From Thelocarpon superellum (lineage: Eukaryota): a stretch of 64,000 nucleotides of DNA. A program made the translations under genes and the position numbers. This document shows positions 39,367-51,681 of this stretch, one piece after another. How positions within the stretch are numbered: position 1 is the first letter of the stretch; the number at the start of each line of letters is the position of its first letter. Under the pieces are notes generated by a model that did not search any database, had not been told where the DNA came from, and saw nothing but the letters and a program-made list of their open reading frames with translations. The stretch spans positions 1 to 64,000 of the forward strand of contig JAPEUG010000033.1 in the NCBI GenBank assembly GCA_026025795.1, written 5' to 3'.

Positions 39367-40690
39367 GGTGACGGTAGATGAGAGCGGCTGGAGCGTATGT
39401 AGGTGGACTACGTGGGTATAAAGGTGCGTCGACAGCACGATAGGTGAGGGAGGTGGCGGGTGATGGGTATGGTAGCACAAGTTGCGAGAAATAGACGATC
39501 AAAGATACCAGCTCGGTGGTGCACGAGACAAACGGTGGAAGATAACGGTCAAAGGGTGCACGAGCTTGGGCACGGGCACACACGCAGGTGGAGAAGTGGA
39601 AGCTGAGGGAGGGGTGCACAAGACAGGTGCAAGGCAGTAACAAGGCCGGAAGGTCGGACGGATGTTTCGGTGTCAGGAGGATGGGCGAAGTGCGGGAGAG
39701 AATGGGGGTGTGTGGTGAGTGGTGCGAGAGGATGTGAAATAGGGGAGGCAGAAGGCCAGACGGCGAGAAAAGCTCCCTTCGCTCGTGCTCTGCACCCTAC
39801 ACCCTGCACCTGCACCCTGCACCCTATACCCTGCGCCCTACGCCCTTCGCTCGCTCGCTCGCTCGTTCGCTCGCTGGCGCATGCAAAAAGCACAAGTCGA
39901 TTTCCCGGGCGGCGCTCAAATGAGTCGGCAAGTAGCGAGCGCCCAGGACTCGAGCTAGAGAAGCAGCCAGGGTTTCGCTTTTACCCTGAGCGAGCCGAGC
40001 TAGCACGCGATTGGACTACCCCCCGTCGACAAATTGCTGTTGGTTGGTCGCGCGCATCCACGACCTTCTCCGTCCTCTCGACCCCTACACTACGGGTACG
40101 CCTGGGGACGGGGCCCGTCCTGGAACGGGTCCGGGCGATGCGTAGCGAGTCGGTGTCAGTCGGCGACCCTGCAGCGGCCGTTGCCCTGTCGGCACAGTAC
40201 GACCAGAGGCAGGTACCTTCCAGTGCTTGGGCCAGGCTACTCGTGCGGTAGTTTCCGAGTCATCATTGTCACGGTCGTTCGTTCGTCTCCGTGGCTAGGC
40301 GGCCACCTATGGCTAGGTAGCCGTAGTAACGGCTAGGCAATAGTCTCCACAGCCCACCGTCTGCCCAGGTGCAGCTGACCTCGTGATGCGACCAAACCCA
40401 CCATCGTCTCTTATCGCCCGACCGATGCAACCCAGGGTCTGGGAAATATTCTGGATACGGAGCAGACGACTACCTTCCTCGAGTGGCATATGTCTTGCAC
40501 CGGGGCGCATCCTCGCACACTCTCGCACACCGCATCTCCCTCACACCCACACCCAGCCGTTCATTGATCATTTATCCTCTATCCTCTCATCGTGATTCGA
40601 CCCGGGCGCCGGCCCACCTACATAAACGTGCGGTGAGACCGAGCCAGCCCCCGGTCCCCTCCCCCTCCTCTGCACGCGATCGCTGTCGCC

Positions 40691-41547
40691 ATGGCCGCCA
40701 CTACGGCAAGCGATCATCAAGGCCAAGCGCCGCCATCACGTTCGTCCTTCGCTGCCCCTCCCTGCTGTCTCGTGCTCCGCACCCCTCCTCCTTGCACCCT
40801 CCCATTGGAGGGACGCTGACCAGTGGCAGTCGACCTCGCCACGTTGTCGACGCAGCAGCTTAGCGCGGTCAAGAAGCAGCTTGACGACGAACTCGAGCAT
40901 CTGACCACATCCTTTACGAAGCTTCGCGCTGCACAGGCCAAATTCCGCGAGTGCTCCAAATCCATCGGCGCGGGCATCTCGTCACAGGTAGCGGGTACGA
41001 TCGGAGCGAGACCCGATCCGCCCACGAAAATTGCTCGCAGCTGACCGAGCCCCACTCTTCTATCTTTAGGGAAGCCGATCCTGGTGCCACTGACCACGTC
41101 CTTGTACGTCCCTGGCACTATCGCCGATACTGAGCACGTCATCGTCGATGTGGGTACGGGATTTTATGTGGAAAAGGTATGCAAGCTGTGACGCATCTGG
41201 CTCCCGACGCATCCATCGCCCGGTGGAGATCCCCGATTGACGCGGCAGGCCCCAGCGAGCCGACGACGCCGTCCTGTTCTACCATGAAAAGGTGGACGAG
41301 CTAGGCAAAAACCTTAAAGATTTGGAGACGATTGTGCAAGGTAAATCAGCAAATTTGAGAATGGTCGAAGAGGGTATGTGGGCACGTGATCTCTCTTCTA
41401 CTCATCCCCACTCCTCCGCTTCACTGCTGCACTACCACCTCCCCTGTCCGACCCCAGCTGATATACGCCACAACGTCACCAGTCTTACGCCACAAAGTAA
41501 TGGAGGACAGTGCCGCGGGTGAAACGGCGGCCACGGCGGCTGCTTGA
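40691..41547 (+). CDS. GIM5: Prefoldin subunit 5 (alpha type)
   Basis: Motifs [13 protein letters not shown] and [13 protein letters not shown]. Four introns spliced in frame to TGA at 41545-41547. Confidence 0.96.
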
Positions 41548-41656
41548 CCAGCCCGGATTGTGCTTCGGAGTGCCCGATGTCGGAAACGCGTCTCATCTCT
41601 GCTCTGCGTCCCGCTCTCCAAGTCCTTCGTCCCGCAATGTCACGCCCCCGCCGAGC

Positions 41657-44348
41657 TCACGCGTTCCGGCTCCCGAGCAGTCGAGCAACCAGCCCAATTG
41701 TCTGGAGAAAATCGTGGAAACCATCGGCTGTCGGAGGTCCGTTGGGTTGCGTCGTCGCTGGGAAGAGCAGCGGAAGGCTGACCGATCGCGGGCCCTTCTC
41801 TCCAATCCGCAACGTCGACTGGTCGAGAAAGATGTTGTCCCACTCCCGGTGGTACATGGTCGCTTCCCAGGTCGTCTGTGGTGGCGACTCCGCGGGTAAG
41901 GGTTCGCCAGGGCGTGGGTCCCCGCGGGTGATGTACCGGCGTCGCGTGATCTCCAGCAGAAAGGGGCTCCCATGGATCGAGTAGCGATAGTGTTTCATCT
42001 CCGTTCGAGTCGACACGCGCAGGCCGGGGTTGATGAAGGTAACGAAGGGCTCCCGGTGACGACCCGCCGGGGTGTCGCTCCCTAGGTGCGTTCGCAGCAC
42101 CACCTTAGAGTCAAATTCCTTCATCGCGGTCGTAATGTGGACCTCGTCCACGCGATTGCTCGTTGTGACCGCGAACTGCCACGACGTCGTGCTAATCCCG
42201 TAAGCAACTGCACCATCCACATGAAGTCTCGGACGGCCGGTCGCACCTCTCCAGGTCGAGCATCGTAGCCGTCAGAGGCTGACGGCCGCCGCGCCACTGC
42301 CCTGTCACGGACTCGCGTGCGATCGCGGCATCCTCCACCACCTCCCATAGCCGGCGCGTCACATCGAAGCCCCCCTGGAGGTTAGGCTCGAACTCCAGAT
42401 GCAGCTGGGAATTTGCCGCGCCGTTCCCGGGGTTCACCTCAAAGGAAGCCGAGTACTTCGGCTCCTCATACTCGAGCGACGTGCCGTGGACGGGCCCAAT
42501 CAGCGACGTCGCCCCACGGCAGCAGGCCAGCAGACCCGCACCGTCTCCAAACTGCCTCAGACTGCATGGGAACAAGGGCAAACGTCAGTCATCCACGTCG
42601 TCTGACGTACGGAGAGGGGCGCGACGTACTCTCGGTCGAGATCTCCCGATACCTCCGAAGCATTTAGCTGCCTAAGGAACTCCGCCAGGGAGAGATCTTT
42701 GGTAAGAGTCCCCGCCACCCCCGTCAGGTAGTAGAACCCGAAGAGCACCCGGAGCCGGATATGGCCTCGATAGTAGCAGAGGCTCTTCATTTGGGCAACG
42801 ATGCTGTTTGCGAGGCGCTTCTCGTTCGCCATGGCGTGCCCCGGCTGGAAGTTGTTCCAGGAGGATAGCTCCCCGGGGTGATCAAAACCTCCGCATAATA
42901 TGGGAAGCACGCGACGCCGAGGGCGAGGCGGTCCCGTTCGTCCCGGGGTCTGCACCGTCTCTGTCCAGGCGAAGAATCCCACGTGGCTCCGCCCGACCCC
43001 CACGGCGAGCGGCGCGAGGAGAGTCAAGCGAACGGGCGGGGCGCCACGCGCCAGGAGCTCCAAAAAGGTAACGCGGAGACGTTGGATGGCGGCGTAGATG
43101 GTGCTTGACTTCGTCGCAGCGACGGTGATTATGCTCGTTTTCGGGTCCCACAAAAGGTAGCACCCCAACTCTGTACGAATGGGATCAAGCGCCTCAAAGC
43201 GCTCTCCGAGGACCGGGCCCGGTTGAATCTCATTGACGGGCCAGAGGAAGAAGCCCTATCCCTTGGTGTTAGCCGAAGTGGTTCACGGGATTCACAGCTC
43301 ACAGCAGACACTAAGGATATCGCACCAGGCCCGCAGCTCTCGAGCTCGAACCGGAAGTTTTGCAAATGCGATGCCACTTACCTTTTGCAGGGCATCGATT
43401 TTGGAACCAGGATCTCGTCGAAATGCCTCAGACAACACCGTCTGCTCCAGCGTCGCGTTCAGTTCTCTGATTCGCTGCTCCGACGGCCCGCTGCGAGTCT
43501 TTTCCCACTTTGTGGCTGCTTTGTTCCGGAAGTGGAGCAGCGTCGCGTGGAGCTGCTGGCATGCAAGCTTGATCTTGAGAGTGGGACCCCAGATGCGGAG
43601 CACCTATGACGATGCGATTGGTCAGTGGCCCGACCCGAACAACAGCCTTAGTGGCAAGCACCTTTTCCGATGAGTTCTCGGGTGGAGCAATGAACGTCAG
43701 GGTCTGGACCCCAATGGTATCCAGGATGTGTTGCAGAGGATTTGCGGAGTGTCCATCAGCTCGAGTGGGATGGAAGAGACTGAGTGCATTTAGCAAGATT
43801 CACCAAACGGATCTTCAGGCCAGGTATGCTACTTTTCATAAATCTCATCGGAGTCGTCTGGCATCGTGTATGTGCCTGCACCTCACGCTGAGTCACTAAT
43901 CGATCCAGCTGGGATGAAGACTGACCTGCGTGCGGTTTTCCCGCTCGCCATGCACTGCGGCCCTGATTGTCGACATGGAAGGGAAACTTGTCTGGGTTTG
44001 CCCGGGCTCGAGACTTGGCCGTAGTTCGAGTCTGGCGGTCAGGGGATTTGTTGGACTTGCCTTCGGACTTCTTCGATGCTGCTTTGTTCGTCTTCTTCAA
44101 GGCTTTTTGGGGGACCGGCTCACGATCGACGATCAACGTCATGGTTTTGAGACGCGTCGATTCGGTCGCTTTCGCCGCTGGATGCTGTGATTTTACCTCT
44201 TCCCATTCTATCGTGGCATGTTTAGCAGTAGAAAGGCATGATGATGTGATGACCTCAGTTACCATTTGCGTTCTCGCTCTCGAAACTGCCAACATCTCCG
44301 TCAGTACTACCACGCTTGATGAAGGATCCAACTTGCGACGAACTCCAT
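41657..44348 (-). CDS. Uncharacterised multi-exon fungal protein
   Basis: Chain of minus-strand ORFs separated by GT..AG introns (LRIWG, FLWP..LGERFEALDPIR, YYRGHIRLRVLFG, PFLLEITR, WEATMYHREWD). The start at 44348 is inferred through two short exons and is uncertain. Confidence 0.75.
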
Positions 44349-45152
44349 GTTTAGGACCTCTCGGGATGGATCAAGGGACAAAGGGGCGTGATGGGATTTG
44401 GGTCGATTGGAGAGGAGTCATGGTCTTGAAGAAGATTCTTGGAGGATGTCGAGTTGTGTGGGATGAGATTCCTCAGCTCTGGGTCTTGACCTGAACAGTG
44501 ATTTCATAGACCCGGATGCCGAGCGAATTCACCGTTGACGGAGACGTCGTGGTTCACGTGAGCAATTCTTGAGTCCAAGGCACATGTCATGATCTGACAA
44601 TGCTTAAGTGATGCGGTGGAAATGAAAGCTGAACAGAAGAAGTCGCTCCAGTCCGTGATGTGGTCTGTCCGGTGGCAATAGGTGGGAAGGGTCTCGCTTT
44701 TTCGAGACCGCCGGGGAGCTGCAGTCATCCCCTTGCCCCCTTGCAGAGTGATTGACAACATCTCGATATCACCAGTCGACCTTCCAAAGTCATCGAAGTG
44801 AAAACGGATATCATTCTAGTGCATCATGTACCCGAATGGGGCATTTTGGGGGACACATGGGCGAAGATATGCTGCGTCCGTTCAAACGGCCAAGAGCGGA
44901 GGAAGCATCGTAAATACCAAGCTGATCTGTCATGCATGTGTTTCAGTACTCTAATCAAGGTGCTTGTCCTTTTTCAACCGCTTTACACAGCATTCCGAGC
45001 GTCCTTGAAGCACCACTGGATAATCTTTCGCCATCCCTAAGGCGCCTTTAGATACTACGGTTCACGTTCGGGCGAGCGACTGGGCAAGAGTTGAGATCGG
45101 TCACGTGACTAGCACGAAATCAATTACGCTAAATTTAGCCGACGGGATCATG

Positions 45153-45183
45153 TCGCGTAAGTGTGACAGCAAATCGGACGCGT
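45153..45183. promoter_or_regulatory. MCB-like elements upstream of ORC1
   Basis: ACGCGT at 45178-45183 and ACGCGA (minus strand) at 45158-45153, about 120-150 nt before the ATG. Fits MBF-type G1/S control, but these are short motifs in GC-rich DNA. Confidence 0.35.
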
Positions 45184-45301
45184 CTCCGCGGACCTGGGAG
45201 CGTCTAGAGGGGTCGAGCACTCTCATTCCTTCACGAAGTTCATGCCAAATCCCGTCAACAACGAAGGGGTGCTGCCCACTTGTATCATCTCACAGCACGG
45301 C

Positions 45302-48019
45302 ATGATGGCCCATTCTGCCGTATCCGAAGAACGACGGATCAAGAGGACCAAAGCCGAGAGAGCCAGACAGTATCTCGTGGGCGGTGGAGTGACCCGAGAG
45401 GACTCGGACGACGAGCTGGGGCTAGACGACCATCCGTGGGAATGGATCTACGACAGGCCATTGAGAGAGATTGACGGCAATCGGCGCAGCGATGACACGA
45501 CCATGCTCGAGGCAGACGGGGCTGCCCCTGGATCACCCACCGACGAGACCCGCAAGCCTCGCAAGAGGAAAGCGAGCGAGGCTGAGGACCAGACGGAGTC
45601 GGTCATCATCGGGGCTCGTATGGGTGATTTCCGCTGCCGGGTCGGCGACACAGTACTCTTGAAATCCGAGGCCAATGGTGAAGCATGGATTGGCATCATT
45701 TGCGAGTTCGTGCAGGAGGAAGATGGTCAAAAGGCGGCCAATTTCATGTGGTTCTCCTCGGAGAGGGAGATCCGGAACAAGCAGAAGAAGAGGACGGACG
45801 CTCTCCAGGTTGCTTCCACGAGGCCATTTACCACGGATGTATCCGCTGACACGACCTAGAATGAACTGTACCTCACGCCGTCATGGGACGTCAATCCCCT
45901 GACCTCCATCAACGGCCGGGCATCGATTGTGTCCGCGGCGACGTACTTGTCCAAGTACCCCAACGGCAGAGTCCCACGGGGCTCGAAGGACTATGGCAAA
46001 ATCTTCATCTGCCGACGAGGCTGCAACACGCGCACGGCCACGTACACGGAGGAATTCAACTGGGAGGAGATATACCACGGAACGGACGAAGACATCTACA
46101 ACTTGATTGAGCGGGTGAAGACGGAGACCAAAGCGACGAGACAGCGGCGTTCTGACAGTAGAGCTGCAACGAAGCCGGAGAACGACGTAGGTCTCCCGTT
46201 GACAGTGCAAGGCTCGACTGACATGATAAACGCCAGTACGTGGCAGACGAGACCGTCGACGTCCCCGAGACACCACGGAAAAGACGCAAGATAGAATCCA
46301 CATCGACGCCAAGGTCGGAGCGGTCCGTGCGAACACCTCAGAAGCCAACGACACCGTCCCAGAAGCGGTAAGCATCCCACATCTTCCACCATTGATGGAC
46401 ATGACCTCATCCGCGCCTCTTACAACAGCGTCATCGTGAAGAAGCCGCTCGAATTCACACCACTTGGGACACGCATCCTCTCACCCAGCCACACCAGCGC
46501 GTCCCCCTTCCAACTCGCACGATCCAAGCTCCACGTCGCCTCCGTACCCAACACGCTTCCCTGCCGCGAGGCCGAGTTCGCCACGGTCTACTCCCACCTG
46601 GAAGCGGCCATCTCCGACGGCTCGGGCTCATGCATCTACATTTCCGGAACACCCGGGACGGGTAAGACGGCGACGGTGCGAGAGGTAGTCTCCCAGCTCA
46701 ACGGCGCGGTGCAAAACGAAGAGCTGGACGACTTCATCTTCGTCGAGATCAACGGGATGAAAGTGACGGACCCGCACCAGTCCTACTCGCTGCTCTGGGA
46801 AGCGCTGCGCGGCGAGCGCGTCAGCCCGTCGCACGCGCTGGACCTGCTCGAGCGCGAATTCAGCAACCCTAGTCCCCGCCGCGTGCCCTGCGTCGTGCTC
46901 ATGGACGAGCTCGACCAGCTCGTCACGAAGAATCAGAGCGTCATGTACAATTTTTTCAATTGGCCTGGGCTCCGCCATAGTCGCCTCATCGTTCTCGCCG
47001 TCGCTAACACCATGGACTTGCCTGAGCGCACACTCAGTAATAAGATCAGCAGTCGATTGGGTGCGTTCGTCTTCATCATGTTCTTTGCTGCTGCTCCTTC
47101 TACCTGGTCTCATTGCTTTGGCTGTTGATATGGATCAGGACCAGTCCCGCTAATGACACATCACATGACAGGCCTAACGAGAATCACCTTTCCCGGATAC
47201 ACGCACGATCAGCTGATGAAGATCATCGAGTCGCGGCTCGAGGGCGTCGCGGGCGACATTGTCGATCCCGACGCCGTGCAGTTCGCCAGCCGCAAGGTGG
47301 CGGCCGTGAGCGGCGACGCTCGGCGCGCGCTGGACATCTGTCGACGGGCGGTAGAACTCGCGGAGGAAGAAGAAGGAGAAGAAGAAGAAGACGACGGCGG
47401 CGGCAGCGGCAGCGGCAGCGGCAGGTTGAGGAACGAGCCGTCGACGCCGAGTAAAGACCCGTCTAAGCGCGCCCTGCTGCCCCCACCGCCGCCGACACCG
47501 TCGAAACGAAAGGGAGGTGGAAAGGAAAAGGGAAAGGGGAAGGGAAAAGTGACCATCGCAACCATCAAATACGCCATCAATGAAGCAACTACCAGCCCGC
47601 TGCAGCAGTACCTACGCGGCATGCCCACGGCGAGCAAGCTGTTCCTCGCGGCGGTGCTGGCGCGGCTTCGGCGCACGGGCATCAGCGAGGCCGTGCTCGG
47701 CGACGTCATTGACGAGGCGCTGCGCATGGCGCAGATGATCGACGTGCACCTCAGTCCGTATATTCGCGATTTCCTACTTCTAGGGGACGCGCCGGGAGCC
47801 GGGGCCGGACCGGGAGCGGGAAACGGCTTGCCGATCTCTTCGTTCTCCAGAGTACGTGGCATGAGCCAGGCAGCCGTGGAGCTGATGGAAGCCGGGGTCG
47901 TGGCGCTGGAGGCGCGCAAGGGCGAGCGAACGGGAAAGGTGCGCTTGAATGTCGGCGAGGAGGAGATCAAGTTGGCGTTGCGCGAAGACGTGGATGCGCG
48001 GACCCTGGGCTTTGTCTGA
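45302..48019 (+). CDS. ORC1: Origin recognition complex subunit 1 (BAH + AAA+ + winged helix)
   Basis: BAH region (VGDTVLL, NFMWFS), LPCREAEF, Walker A GTPGTGKT, Walker B VLMDELD, NTMDLPER and SGDARRALDICRRA. Confidence 0.97.
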
Positions 48020-48101
48020 TCGTTCGAACGTATGGATGTATGTAGGTGGGGACGGACTCGTGTTCGGCCTTCGACCATAAGGAGTGCTGACGTCTTTCGG
48101 A

Positions 48102-49817
48102 CTAGTACTTTTGTCGTCCTAGCGTCGGCTTCCATTCGAGTGGATGCGACTCGGGCGTTGCATCTGAGTCTTCTTTCCATATTTTGACTGGAACGAAATG
48201 ATGTTAGTAATGTCTCGCAGGTTTGTATCATAGAAGGGGATGGGTGTGGGAAGGAAATTCAAGGAGAGAAGGAACGAGTCAACGTACTCGTCTTGTCCGC
48301 CTCGCCACAGATGAGACGTAAGCCGGTGCGATCAAAGGTCGAGCTCATCAAGCCGGCCTCGGCGTCCAACGAGCCAGGCTGCGCCGTCGTGTCCAGCGAT
48401 TGGAATCGGTGGCCTGACTTCCAGTCCCAGAAGCTGATGGATCCGTTGTCCCCTGTGAAAAGAGGTCAATACAAGCTCTGGATGCACTTGAGGGAGAGAT
48501 GAAACGGATGCGTACCGCCTGAAAAGAGAATGTTGTCTTCATTGACGCTGAGAGTGTTGACGATGGCGTTTTGACCCTCAAAGTTCTGCATGAACGCCCC
48601 CTCCGGACACTTCCACTGCTTGATCGTCCCCGTACTGCCGCTGGCAAAAGTGAATTCCTTGGGATGCACGGCGAGCGTGCGCACGCCCTTTTTGTGGTGC
48701 GTCAACACGCCCATGGTCTTGCCCGCCGCCAGGTCCCAGAGGCGGATGGTCGAGTCGAGCGACGCGCTGATGACCTGTGGATCCGCTTCTTGACACTTGA
48801 CGTCCGCCACTGTGCCCTTGTGCCCGCTCAGCACGTGGATGTTGCTGCGTGTCCGCATGTCCCAGACCCGCGCCACCCCGTCTCGGCCGCCGGTGACGAG
48901 GACGTCGAGCGTGGGGTGCAGGGACAACGTGTAGACGCCGCTGAGATGGCCGTGGTAGTGTCGGATCACCTTGTTCGTCTCCAGGTCCCAGCACTTGACC
49001 ATCTTGTCTTCTCCGCACGAGAACAGGTAAGGGTGTCGCGGCGAGACCGCCAGTCCGCGTACGGTCGAGATGTGACCGGTGAGCGTCAGCCGGAGCGATC
49101 CAGACGCCAGATCCCAGATCTTGATCGTTCGGTCCCCAGCACCACTGGCAAACCACTCATTCCCGGGCTCGACCGCCAACGCTCTGACCCATCCCAGGTG
49201 GCCCGAGATGACCCTCATCAGCTTCCACGGCGCATGCCATTCGGGTTTGACTTGTTGCATGTTCTGCCGTCGGACCAAGCTCCCGGACGATTGCTGGTTC
49301 TGGAGCGTAGGACCGTTCGCGTTGGGGGGCACCTCCGCGCCCTTGGCGCGCACCGTCAATGCAGATGATGATCCCCCGGCTCCTCCATCAGCCCTTGATG
49401 GGATACCCTCGATCATCTTGGCCGTCTTGGGGTCTGACGGCGCGTCGTCGCCGTTAGACGCTTTCGCCCTCTTCCTCCGAGCTGCCGCAAGCGACACGGC
49501 ATTGGCTTGTTTGGCTGCTAGAGCCGGAGGGAGTTCGCGGACGTCGTCGTACTCATTCCGTATTCGTGAGGCAAGGTTGGCGCGGTCTGCTAGGTCGGAA
49601 GGTGAGATTAAGGGCGGTTCTGCAGGGGAGGTGGTGCTTGTGGGAATGGATGCCAATGTCGAAGCATGGCCAAAGTCAGCACCAAAAAGCTCTCGTGCTC
49701 TCTTGGTGGATTGTCGAATAACGTCCTGGGCCTCGCAGGTCAATATCTTCGATTGCTTGCGGACGTAGCCCCACTCACTTCAGCCCGTGGAAGGCCATGC
49801 GTTGGAGGTGCCGCCAT
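48102..49817 (-). CDS. PRP46: Pre-mRNA splicing factor Prp46/PLRG1 (WD40)
   Basis: Motif [23 protein letters not shown] repeats, and [11 protein letters not shown]...EADKTIKIWKED. Confidence 0.97.
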
Positions 49818-50299
49818 TGCGCCAGCCATCGATCACAGGATCCGCAGAAGCTACAGCACCAATGCTGAGAGAAGGCAGCGATCGAACCCAGAATGCTTCG
49901 GAGTGGTGGATAATATTTTGAGCTCGACATATCCATCGGCTCTTCTTCCTCAGTTGATTACATAATCCATTTTGATCCCTGGCGCCGCTGCTTGCCCGAG
50001 CTCTCGCCACAACACTGTCCTTGACGACTGCCAGTCATTTCCTACGACGAAGATCAAGGTAGGTCTAGGTCAAGGCGTTTCCTATCAGCTGCTGCTTCAA
50101 TTTCAAGTTGGACGGGGGACGATGGCATTTGGTGCGCCCCTCGTCATAAATCGACTGCATTTTCAATGATTACTTGCTCCCGGACGAGGTTAACAACGGA
50201 TTTCAACCGTCTACATGTTCTTTTCTCGATATTAACTGCTCAAAGCTGATAAATGGCTGCATAGCACATAAGCCCGAATTGATTTCAAAGTGCTGCAAG

Positions 50300-51441
50300 A
50301 TGACTACGGAAGAGCCTCCAAAGTTTGCGATACATGAGGCAGCAAGAGAAGGGAGAAGTACGAGCACCGAATAACTCTCAATCGTCAAGAGTCATCTGAC
50401 TGTGTCTTTTCCAGCTGCTGCAGTGGAGTCTTTGCTGAGCGTGAGCGTTCATCGCTGGAAGCGGCATCCAAGACTATATACCTAACATCCTTAAGGCCAA
50501 CCCACGCCTGGCCACAAGGCGAGACGACGACGACCGCCTACCGGTTCACTGGGCCGTATCATACAACCATCTACCTGTCGTTCAAATTCTCGTGCAGCGA
50601 AAGGACTTTGACCCGGACGTCAAGGTCAGCTCTGTAAATCCCGTCGTTGCGGCAGAACTGACAGGTTCCAGGATGGGTCGGGATGGACACCGCTCATGAT
50701 CGCAGCGAGTCTCAAGGAGGGCGACGAGCTCGTGGACCTCCTTCTCAGAAAAGAGGCGGAAGTCAACGCTCAGAGTGAGCTGTCCCTCCCTGTTTCCCGC
50801 AGAGTATGAGGGCCAAGGGCTGACGCCGGAGAGCTAGACTCCAGCGGCCAAGTACGGCCCCCTGGAGCTCGGCGGGAAAGATGAGATTCAAGGGCTGACT
50901 TACGCGACAGACCGCACTTCATTTCTCCGCCTCGAAGAACAATCTTGAGACCGCGCGCAAGCTGATTGCGCATGGGGCATCGGCGCGGCTTCGCGACAAG
51001 CGCGGACAGCTCGCGCTTCACAGAGCGGCGGCGATCGGGTCGGTTCCGATGGCGAAGCTGCTGATCGAGAACAAAAGCCCGCTCAACACGACCGATATCG
51101 CTGGTCATACAGCCTTGCATCACTGTGAGTGCCCGTGCCCGCGGTGTATGCTGTTCGCCCATCGAAGCTCACGGACCGTGCTTGCCCTAGCCATTTCTGA
51201 AGGACATGGAGACACGGCGGTGCTGCTGATCAAGGAAGGGGCGGAAACGGACAAGACAGACGTGGACGGCAATCTGGCCATCGACCTGGCTCCAGACGCC
51301 AAGGTCAGCATCCTCCACTCTACCCTACCTCCGCCAGGCACAGGCAGCGTGCGGTTCGCTGACGCCAGGGTGTGCATCTTCTAGGTCCGCAAATTCATCT
51401 TACAGAGTCTGGAGCGCGAGGGACTGGGGTTGGGGTTATGA
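50300..51441 (+). CDS. NAS6: 26S proteasome assembly chaperone Nas6/gankyrin (ankyrin repeats)
   Basis: Ankyrin motifs IHEAAREG, DDDDRLPVHWAVS, SGWTPLMIAAS, GQTALHFSASK, LHRAAAIG and GHTALHHAISEGH. Seven introns. Confidence 0.9.
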
Positions 51442-51681
51442 TGTGATGTTGTACATAGGGGCCAAGGGCAAGGGCAATGGCAATGGCAATGGCAGTGGCA
51501 ATGCAAGTCATGGGCGTACGTGAGCCATCCTCCAAAATCCTCCGTGGCGCCAGATCGATCTCTGCATGACGGGTGAAGCGGCGGTAGCCTAGCAGACAGA
51601 AACAGCGGGAGGATGACGCCCGCGCCTGAAGCGGCGTGATGTGGAGCAGAAGAAAAGCAGAAGAACGGAGCCGTCGACGCC

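Noticed and set aside
37890..39421. Long Ala/Ser/Gly/Val-rich + strand ORFs (348 and 221 aa)
   Set aside because: Antisense shadows of the low-complexity minus-strand gene.
47209..48231. 340-aa minus-strand ORF overlapping ORC1
   Set aside because: Antisense shadow of the last ORC1 exon.
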